Shown: positions 38,131 through 47,813 of the stretch, piece after piece | Layout of the letters: every line of letters begins with the position of its first letter | Position numbering within the stretch: the stretch's first letter is position 1 | NCBI RefSeq assembly: GCF_003704095.1 | Contig: NW_020844017.1 | Location: forward strand, 1 to 64,000 | Reading direction: 5' to 3' | Length of the DNA: 64,000 nucleotides | Source of the DNA: Pocillopora damicornis | Taxonomy: Eukaryota | The notes under the pieces: model-generated | The model's database searches: none | What the model was told of the DNA's origin: nothing | What the model saw: only the letters and a program-made list of their open reading frames with translations | Position numbers and translations under genes: made by a program

Positions 38131-38775
38131 CTGTGCAGGAAGGAAGATATTACACAGAAGTGTTAAAATGTTTTGCAATTACATTACACACGTGATAAGC
38201 AATATTGAAGAAATACAATCGTGATCTAAAACGGATCAATAGAAGTAGAGAAAAGGCATAAAGAAAAGAAGGAAACTAGGTAAAAAATAAAAGTCGATAT
38301 GTTGAATTTGGGTCACTCAAACAGTTCATGGAGCTAACCGAGGTCACACAAAGAAACTGTAATTCATTAAAGGACCACAGCGTCGAATATCACACATTTC
38401 TTTAATGCTGTTGTAAAATTTTAAGTTGCAATGTAATATGAAAAGTCAAACTGATAACCTAGGGGCTCCACTTCTTCTCCCTTTGAGGAGAGCGTTGTAT
38501 GTCATTCCAAATGGCATCATGGAATCTATTTGTTCTTCTACGACCAAAAAGTAAAATGTTGTTAATGGTGACGTCATTTATGCGTCTGTCCGTCAATAGA
38601 ATCTCACAACAGAACGCAATCTGGACACCAGTCCCCCCAACTGACTGCTCTGTGAAGCCAGAGTCAACTCGATGTCTCCTTATTGAGATTTTCTCATTTC
38701 TCGCCTCCTTTGCACTAGAAATGTGTGGATAGCGTAAGGAGAAATTACTTGCTGGTCACTCCTCTGCGGCAAAAG

Positions 38776-39085
38776 GGTACTTGCTAGTAATGGACTAATG
38801 GGGATGTGCCTCTTAATTAAGTTGTATATTTTCACTTGGTTGACTGCAATGGGGTTGCATTTTCAATAGTTATTAGAATGGGGTTGCATATTTTCGGAAT
38901 TTTTGGGGGTAAGAAATTCTGGTAAGTAGGATTAATGGAAAGATCTGTGGTTAAAAATTTTGAGATCTTGTCAATTCCAGTGACTAAGATGGTGTCTGTA
39001 ATTGTTCACAGATTAGACCTTAATGGGGAAGGGGTTCTGAGAGTCCAACCGCACAGAGCCAGCGAAAATAGACCCAAGAGTACCC
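38776..39085. repeat. Non-autonomous DNA element remnant
   Basis: GGGTAC...GTACCC termini and internal repeated AATGGGG(G)TTGCA motifs. Confidence 0.45.
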
Positions 39086-39183
39086 TTGGTCATTTCCATG
39101 ATGTGTGCGTTGATTGTTTCCCTACGTCAGCCCTCGGCTTCACAATCAAACTTTGTAGTCGATGACTTCAAAAAGTACAAACG

Positions 39184-39189
39184 TTTATT
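39184..39189 (-). promoter_or_regulatory. Candidate polyadenylation signal for a PaxB 3' UTR of about 1.9 kb
   Basis: AATAAA on the minus strand at the point where the AT-rich, CpG-poor downstream sequence ends. Confidence 0.35.
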
Positions 39190-41077
39190 AACAAACCAAC
39201 TAATGTACCCTTTAAATACATACCGCAGTGCTTATTAAATAGTGCATACACGTACAAGAGAGTACTATAAATTGACTTGGAAAAAATACTATTTGTTCTG
39301 CGCCTACAAAAATATTCCTAGGAGTATTTCACCAAAGGTAGAAAAATGCCCTTGCAGTTATATCAAAACTACAAAAAAATAATAATATACATTATATAAA
39401 AAATTACACTACAAAATTTGCATATCAAAAATGTATAAAAGATAATTTCCTCCAACAATCTTCGATAACTAAATGCATATTTATCCTGATCTGTTCAAAT
39501 TGCTTTGAAAAGCTTGGTACCACCTATTTCTGAAACTGGATTATCGCCAGTACTGTTAACACAGCATTGAAGACTGACTTCTGATAACTTATTCTTTCAC
39601 TGCATTCTTCAAGCATCATTGAAATCAGGAACACTTAAAAGAGTACAATGAAAATTTTCATTCACTCATTCATTTAACACCAGCCCATAATCTTGTGGTA
39701 ATCTAACAGATGCAATATTTACAATTAAACACACATGCATATTAGCAACCCTGTTTAACATCAAGATTCCAAAATTTAAGGAAGGAACATAAATTTAATT
39801 CTGACCAAAACATGTTAAACCTTACATCACTTCTTTCCTTCCTTCCATTCCTAATACTTCTCATAGTTAAATGTTCACAAGTCGCAATACATAATGGGTT
39901 ATGAGAAGATTACGTTTGTCCAGTCGGTTTAATCTCTGATAGCAGTAAAGATGTTACATCACATAACTTTTAAAGGACTGTATTGGTTCAAAAAGTGTCA
40001 AAGGAAAAAGTTTTCTTCAGCCAGAATCTTCATGTCTTCTTACAACATGATCTCTTTATGATGATATCTATTTGGTAACAGATGAATTTTGTGGATTGGT
40101 AATTTTATGTTTTTCAAGAATTAATTTTGCCATTGGAGTACTAAATCTGTGATTTTCATATGTAATAATTTCAAAAACTACAGGAGAATGAACAAGTGCT
40201 TCTGTTTTTGTGACATAACATCCTCAAAGTGACAGAGCTAATGAATAAAATAAGAATTACATCTTTGAAGTAATGTCTACATACACGTATGCTAATTTCC
40301 CTTAATAACATATTTCAATCTAGACAACTAAGCCTATCCCATGCAAAATAACTGCATGGAAGCGTGTGAGTGATGAGGATTCACTTACAATTGGATTCAA
40401 TTTCTAAACAAGATTATCATCTATATGTATAAACATTAGTCAACAATGCTGTCAACCCATCCCTAAGTCTGCCAGTATCCAGCTGGATAAGGGTACAATT
40501 CTTGTTCCCCTTCATGATGGATCAAATTGATCCCTTGAAAACTGAGTATCATAATTTATCAAACATTTCTTTGAGTTGGGTTACTTTCATTTCACTATAA
40601 TCTTAAGCTACAAGGTTACTTTACAAACAAAAATACATGTCTGCTTAAGAACAATTTCCATGTGGTTTTGAACCAAAAATTGAGCAACGACCTTCTCGGA
40701 AGTGCGATGTGTGTATACAAAAATAGACTACAGTATAAACCAAAATAAAAAAATTATTATACCTTAACTCTACAAAATTTCTTAAAGTTGCTAATGATTA
40801 GCATAATTATTGTTACATTTCATGAAATCCTCCATCACAAAGAGGATATGTTTGAAACACTTCCCAAATGAGAGATACACACACAGATTGATTACATCAA
40901 CCACTGAATGATATATTTGATACATTTGCAGGTTTTGCTTTCCAAAACAATTCCTGCATCTAGCACACATGAATTCAAATACTAAAGCCTTAATGCTTGC
41001 TTCACCATACTTAACAACAACACTGGTGATGACACAGACATGAAGCAAAATTGTGGAGTGCCACCTTAAATTTATCT

Positions 41078-41135
41078 TCATGCCGAGGTGCTTAGTTTTG
41101 TGCTTGACATTCTTGGAGGGGGAGCTGGAGCAGTC
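41078..41135 (-). CDS. PaxB: PaxB, last coding exon
   Basis: Acceptor TTTTGTTTCAG|, encodes (W)TAPAPPPRMSSTKLSTSA then TGA. Summed CDS is 1686 nt, 561 aa. Confidence 0.75.
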
Positions 41136-41425
41136 CTGAAACAAAAAGTAAATACAAAGACAGTTTAAACAATAAACTGTACATTTTAAACAGTACAAGT
41201 TTTGTTGGAGTGATTTATAACTCAATTGTATTTGAGGGCATTGACTTTGGCAACTTGCACCACAAGAGGAATTTAACCATCTTACACAGGCATCTTTGAA
41301 CAGAGGCACTTTCCCCCATCTATTTTATTGTATTTAATAGCATCACATCTTTGTATACAGTTGTTGAGCGACTAAAACCTAGCTTTGCATTTTAAAACAA
41401 GAACTGAACAACTTTACTTTCTCAC

Positions 41426-41642
41426 CAGTTGGCAGGAAGGAACACTGTTGGCCTCCCAATGAAACCCTGGGGTGCATACGGGATCCACTGATCAGGGTAT
41501 GGGGCTTGAGCATAACTCGCTGGGGGGAATTGGCCTGTCATATCTCCTGGGATCTGACCTTTAGTGAGCGTGCTCACAGGAGGAAGCACATAGCCAGGGG
41601 CTGTGTTTCCAGCTGGGGGTGAGGTGGCTTGGCCAACATCAC
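41426..41642 (-). CDS. PaxB: PaxB, penultimate coding exon
   Basis: Acceptor CTCTCTCTATGCAG|, encodes DVGQATSPPAG...YPDQWIPYAPQG..LPAN, donor TG|GTGAG (phase 2). Confidence 0.85.
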
Positions 41643-41837
41643 CTGCATAGAGAGAGGGCCCAAAATTAGACATAAATATGAACATCAATGACCTATTTTA
41701 AAACCACTAGATAGTGATCACAACTTTTTACAGAAACTGATTTAAGCACTTCACTTGGTAGTCTAACAATCCTAGATATATCAGAAAAAAAATTTCTCTT
41801 TTCCTATTATTTAACTATTCCACCCAATGCTCACACC

Positions 41838-42048
41838 TTAACCTTTTCACTTCCATGATCTCTTTAGTAATTCTCCTTACTGTCTGGCATACATTGCTTA
41901 TAATTTCAGTTTGGAGAATTTGATATGGAATCAAATGATAATCCACTAATTGATATTTTTCTACATTCTCATCACTTGTCTTCTTGAGATTGTATTGATG
42001 TTGTAATGGGAAATTCTGTCTTGGCCACTACTGGGGGTGGAAGGGTTA
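41838..42048 (+). mobile_element. TTAA-MITE family copy in PaxB intron
   Basis: Termini TTAACCTTTTCACTTCC ... GGGGGTGGAAGGGTTA, colinear with 42382-42572. Confidence 0.7.
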
Positions 42049-42136
42049 CAACTCATATTGAATGAAATGACCATTTGTTCAGAGAAACACTTTAATCTAC
42101 ATTGAGAATGCAAAAATATGAATGCTTTGTTCTTAC

Positions 42137-42178
42137 CACCACCACTTGTGATAACGCGCTGATACTGTATTTGGCTAC
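42137..42178 (-). CDS. PaxB: PaxB, 42-nt symmetric (phase 1-1) microexon
   Basis: Polypyrimidine acceptor CTTTTTGTTGTCTCTAG|, encodes (R)SQIQYQRVITSGG(G), donor G|GTAAG. Frame-preserving. Confidence 0.65.
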
Positions 42179-42381
42179 CTAGAGACAACAAAAAGTAACA
42201 GAACATGAGCAAAACCTATCATTACAAGATTAAAACAAATTACTCCAAGCAGTTGAGTTTGAAATCTGTCTCTTAAAATGTATGTCACTTTGGAATAATT
42301 CTGTGTTGAAATCACAGAGGCCTACTTCTATTAATTGCAAGTTTGAGTTATAACAAGAGTACTTAAAGGAACTCAAATACA

Positions 42382-42745
42382 TTAACCTTTTAACTTCCAG
42401 ATCAAATTTGTAATTCTCCCTCCTGTCAACCACACCATTCTTATCATGTTAGTTTAGAGAATTTAGTATTGAATCAACTAATTATCCCTGAATTGATATT
42501 TTTCTTAATTCTCATCACTTATCTGGTTGATATTGTATTGATATTGTAAGGAGAAATTCTGTGTTGGTCATTCCTTTAAATCCCATGAGTGACTAAGACA
42601 GAATATCTTGTTACAATATCAATACAAAAGCAACCAATTTGGGGATAATTCTTTGATCCAAAACTAAATTCTCTGAACTAACTTTATAAGAATTGTATAG
42701 TTGACAGCAAAGAGAATTACAAATTTGATCTGGGAGTAAAAGGGA
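42382..42745. mobile_element. Two adjacent TTAA-MITE copies in inverted orientation
   Basis: 42382-42572 (CCTTTTAACTTCCAGATCAAATTTGTAATTCTC...) is followed directly by a reverse-complement copy at 42573-42745 (...GAGAATTACAAATTTGATCTGGGAGTAAAAGG). Confidence 0.8.
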
Positions 42746-43549
42746 TAGAGTGCATTCTTTTTAGTGTTAAGTTCAAAGGTCACTCAGTGGTACTCCAGAG
42801 TGCATCTTTATTGCAGATTATCTTACGCATTGTTATCAATATAGCTGAAGCTTTCTAAAAATTCAATTTACAAAGTTCACATAAACAAGCAATCCTTTAC
42901 AAAAGTGTCCCTTCCAAAAAATTAACTCAGAACAGTTTTCAGCACAGAGTAAGAAACAATCATCAAAACACAGGAATTTTTCAAGAGTTCCAAAAGGTGA
43001 TCATGGTGACTAAAGGATAGTTTGAGAAACTGCTTCCCTCAATAAGTAGGGGCCCCCAATTTTTGGTTTTAAACTTTGAGCTCCTGTGAGATACGTGTAT
43101 ACAAATACATGAACATTTTTAAGCAGATAAAAGGCAAAAATTAACAAAACGTCTTGACATGCAGTAGGTAAACACAAACTGCAGTTAATTCTTAAAAGAA
43201 ATGTCAGTGTTATTGTCAGTTCTTCAGTCAAAGAAATAGTAGAGCTCAGCTTCATCAAAATTGTCCTCTTAGGAGGACATTGCAACCATCAAATAAAGCG
43301 AGATGCTTCTCTTTAATGAGCTTTCACAAGCACAATGTTTTACAAGTTTCCTGAAGACAAAAGTAGGTTGCCTTTAACACTCTGGCTCTGAAAGAGTATA
43401 ATCCTGTTTCTTGATAGTTATGGGTGGGTAAGTGTATATGTGGGGTTTTTTCCACAGAAAGGCATATAGATTAGTGCAACAAGCATCAGCAAATATGTTG
43501 AACACTAAGTAGTCACGCAAACAGAAAAATAGGTGTAAAAAAAGCTTAC

Positions 43550-43895
43550 GTGATGCATAGGAGGGTGAAGTTGTCATAACACTTTGGCCAACAGTAGAAT
43601 ATCCAACTGAGGAATTGTTACTACTAATTGGCTGTGACTGGGTGTGGTCACTGAGGCGCATGGTGTACCCCTGGCCATTTGACATGGGATGAGATGATTG
43701 CACTAGGTTGCCGCTTGGCACAGCAATAAATGTTGGGCTGTGCGTTGGCACTCCTGAAGGTCGCATCATGTCATAAGATTGCTGTTGAGGCGGGGGTGGG
43801 GCTAGGTTTGGGATGCCCATGGTGGTGTGCATGGTTGTCAGGCTGGGATCAGACACTGGTTTCAGTTCTGTCAATTCTGCTTTCACTGGAGCATC
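43550..43895 (-). CDS. PaxB: PaxB, P/S/T-rich transactivation region exon
   Basis: Acceptor GACAG|GAT, open frame DAPVKAEL...TTSPSYAS, donor C|GTAAG. Phases fit the neighbouring exons. Confidence 0.85.
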
Positions 43896-44490
43896 CTGTC
43901 AACAACAAATATATGACACTCAGCCTATGTTTGCACCTTTACCTGATTGAGACAACTATAAAATTTTACATAACAACATCAAAAAAGAGACAAGTGCTTG
44001 TTAAATACCTCTGCAAATTTAAAATTTAACATTGATTGGACACCAAATGCCCCCCGACCAATGGAATCTAAATATATTTTCCCGCACAAACTAGTTCGAT
44101 TTATGGAAAAGAAAGTGGGGGTACTGTTTGACTATTAAAAAAAAAATTCAGCAGATAACCACAAGAAAGGAAAAGCACCCAGCAGTAAAGAGAGAAATGA
44201 AACAACATGATCCTTTGTCACAAAATTTTGATGCAATTTCCATGAAATAGATGGTGAATTAAGGTTTCAGGTCTTGTAGTTCTAGCCAACTTTAATGTAG
44301 ATTTGCTTTGAGCCTAATTTTTTTCTGCCACATTTAAGTGCCACTGATTGCTTTTCTGGTATTTTTACTGGAGGTGTTAAGTTTTGGGCTGCCTTCTACT
44401 GACACTTTTGGTTACAAATAGACCCCAGTTTTCTCCTCTCACTAGGCTCTCAATTTCTCCACACATGAAGTTGTTAAGTATAGAACTTAC

Positions 44491-44706
44491 ATCATGGACT
44501 TGACCGTACTGATGTGAGTGAATGTTGTCATCTTGAACTGGGGTTGGTTGGTTAGGAGGAGGGCTGATAACAGTGGTGGGGTATCCATTGGCTGTGTTAA
44601 TAAAAGTTGTTGGCACAGTCTGGGCAGGACTTGCTGCTGTGGGACTTCCAAGAGGAGGCACTTTTTCTTGCTTCCTCCACTTGGCTCGGCGATTGGAGAA
44701 CCAAAC
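44491..44706 (-). CDS. PaxB: PaxB, homeodomain helix 3 end and Pro/Thr-rich region
   Basis: |VWFSNRRAKWRKQEK gives Ser at position 50 (Pax type). 216 nt, donor GAT|GTAAG. Confidence 0.95.
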
Positions 44707-45818
44707 CTATAGATAAGAAGAGGGAATAAAAATCTGGGGAACAGCAACTGAAGTTGACAGAAAGCTGACAAGAATGAGGACATGACACAAGGAAACAGTA
44801 GAGTGGAGGCCACTGAATTAATCTAACCAGCTTTGCAGTTCACAGTGGCTTTAGAAGGAAGCACAAAAGATAACAAAATAAGGTTAAATTGAGATAAAAA
44901 TTTCTGATAAGGCAGACAAGTTGGGTTAATTGCATAGCAACAAACTATAGGTCATAATCTAACAAGAAATTACTCAGCCTCCATAAAAGTATATTTTGGT
45001 CTAGGCTGTAAAACTATAAAAACTCACAAATCAGTGTTACAGGTTAAACATTTCTCATACAAAAAATATACAGCTATAAAAAGTAACTTGCATAGACATA
45101 TAAGAAAAATTAGAACAGGTTAAATCCATCACTGCTAAGCTGGAAAGTCAAAATTATGGTGAGGTTAAATGAAGGTGAAAGTAAAGAAAAAGGGAGTTAC
45201 AGATGCAGAAATACCTCTCACTAACCAAGTTCAAGGTCCTTATTGTAGGGTACAGACCAAGAAAACCAGGATAGTAAGATACTTATTATATGTCTGGGTT
45301 CAAATAGTGGGGAAGATTTCACTTCAACAAACATTTGAGTTTCAGGGGCTGTATGGTGAAATACAGCCCTCTCAAGTGACCAATTTTAGCCCAAAAACAT
45401 ATTTAATGTCCTTTTTTTATTGAGGTCCATCCTCTCACATATTTACTAATCTTTTTCTTTATGGTTTCTCAATGAAAACAAATAATAGCTCAAAGTTTCT
45501 AGCAAGGCCAAATGGGCTTTTCTTTTTTGAAAACAGAAATTTCCAAACCATGGATAAAAACAACATTGCAAGTATTTGATTTTGCTTTGCTGTATAATAT
45601 TTTGAATTACATCTCTTGGTAAAACTTCTTTGTTTTCTCAATGATGATTTCTGTTGTTGATTAACCAAGACTAACAATTTGTAAATTATTTTTTAGTTGT
45701 GTCAAGGACATACTCTCAACAAAAATGGACAAAATCCCTCTTCTTTGGAGACTAAGGAAGTTATAACACTGCATCATTTTAAGACCCTTTTCCAGCATAA
45801 CAGCAATGACTTTAGTAC

Positions 45819-46030
45819 CTGAATCCTTGCCTCAGAAAGATCAACATCTTGTGCAAGCTTTTCACGAGTAAACACATCTGGATAGTGTGTCTTCTCAAAA
45901 GTCTTTTCTAGTTGTTCAATCTGTTCTCCAGAGAAGGTAGTGCGTTGACGGCGTATTATCTTGCGACCATGAATATCTGTTGGTGAAGTTGCATCCCCTT
46001 CTGCTTGTACTTCTTCTTCAGAATGACTCC
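45819..46030 (-). CDS. PaxB: PaxB, homeodomain residues 1-46
   Basis: [46 protein letters not shown]| with a phase-0 intron between Q46 and V47, the diagnostic PRD-class position. Not in the ORF track. Confidence 0.95.
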
Positions 46031-47142
46031 CTATAAAGATAAATGCAGTGAAAAATTTGGTTTAAGAAACTTCTAAACTAGAAGAACAACAGCAAGAATT
46101 TTACAAGTTTTTGTAAAGCAATTGTCTCAATGTTACTAAAGATTCATTCAAGTACAACTCCTAGAAGTTATTAACATGTAACTTCTCCCTACAACATTCA
46201 CACATTATTCTCTCCCAATGTAATGAGAATACTCAAACTTATAGGATAGAAGGCACTACCTTGAACCAACACCAAATTCTCATAACTAATTTAACATTAA
46301 GATCTTGGGAGTTCAAAAGGTTTGTAACACAAATATTTTATTTGACTTACTAATTGTGATACTTATTATACTTTTCTTCATTATACTGATATCACTCCAC
46401 TTTTTGGGAGAATTATCATACAATAATCTACTACTTTAAGTTAAGTACCGACAAAAGATATATAATCAAAAAAACCCTTCCACTAAAAACTGTTAAGCCT
46501 GATTATGTAAGAACAGTAAAGTGGATTGCTGAAAAAATGTTTTTTTCGTATTGGTAAATTAATTGTATAAAACTTTTACATGTGACAGGTGACCCATCTG
46601 ACTGATGCTATAAATTAATTATAAACTGCAAATTGATCTAATTGAACTAAATTAATTTTGGCGCTTATAAGGAGCAATAGAAACAATTTAAAGGTAATGT
46701 CAAGGGATGATACACTATATCACTCGATGTTCCTAGTTTTATAAATTATTTTTAGTAAGATTCAAACATTACTATCTAAATATTTTCCAAACTATAGTAG
46801 TTAGCCTTAAAAGCAATATTCTACTCGAATATTCTTATCGAAGGTTTACTACAAAGGTTTCATGCCCTTACTATGACGACTAAAATTCTTAACAAAGCCT
46901 CACATACTCCCAAATTCTTTCTAGTCTATCAGCTGACTGAGGAAAAAAATATTTTGTGCGTACGAAGGTAAATTTTGACTGTCGAAAGGTTGTATAAACA
47001 AATTTTCGCGCGCGCGCCAACGATGTAAGTAGCATATCCTAAAACGCATGTGCAAAAGGTCAACATAGGGTATAGTGTTTCCTCACGACAAGTTAAGATT
47101 CCATCACACAACTTCAAACTTTGAATAAAAGACAAAACATAC

Positions 47143-47715
47143 CTGTGCTTTCTGTACTCTCAACTGAGTGCTTCCTCTTGCTGGGTGGAACAGAATTCGC
47201 TTGATGAGGTCCCATTCCAAGAATTCCGCTGATTGAATACGAAGTCCGCGGCATATGAACACCGCTTTCAACTTTTACATCTCCACCGTTAGAGACTTCG
47301 TCTTTTGTCGGGCTCATTTTATCGCCGCTGTTGATACGATTTCTAACAATTCTGTTAATAGAGCTGACACTGGGAACATTGTCAGTTGTGCATACACCTT
47401 CGCTCAGAAGTCGATCCCGAATCTCCCAAGCGAACATAGTCGGATTTGCTCGCTTGTAGTCCGCGATCTTATTAACGACGGGACCTGTTGCTACCTTGGG
47501 CTTGCTTCCACCGATAACACCCGGCCGAATGGAGCCAGTCTCGTAGAATCTGCACAAAATCTTGCTCACACAGCCGTGAGAAACCCTCAACTGTCGCGAT
47601 ATGTCACATGGCCGCACTCCACTCTGAGCCAACTCAACAATTCTCTGTCGAACAACATCAGGTAGTGGCCTTCCATTAACGAACAACCCTCCGAGTTGGT
47701 TAACCCCTCCGTGTC
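47143..47715 (-). CDS. PaxB: PaxB, paired domain and octapeptide exon
   Basis: [20 protein letters not shown]...[15 protein letters not shown]...[11 protein letters not shown] with the Pax2/5/8-type Q42/R44/H47 residues, then octapeptide YSISGILG. Acceptor CATAG|, donor G|GTATG. Confidence 0.97.
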
Positions 47716-47791
47716 CTATGAAGCAGTAAAAATGCGCTCAGGTTGTACCTTCGGGTTTTTTTTGCTACAGACTACAACACTCATTAACTAC

Positions 47792-47813
47792 CTTGCTTCG
47801 TGGTGTGAGCCAT
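47792..47813 (-). CDS. PaxB: PaxB, first coding exon (MAHTTKQ-G)
   Basis: ATG GCT CAC ACC ACG AAG CAA G|GTAGTT has a phase-1 donor that joins in frame across a 76-nt intron to the paired box. It was the best in-frame ATG I found upstream. Confidence 0.7.

Noticed and set aside
40791-41309. 172-aa minus-strand ORF as an independent gene
   Set aside because: It overlaps the PaxB last intron, last exon (different frame) and 3' UTR, and has no recognisable domain.
47255-47665. 136-aa plus-strand ORF and similar antisense ORFs within 32998-37166 and 43730-44712
   Set aside because: Shadow ORFs opposite real coding exons.
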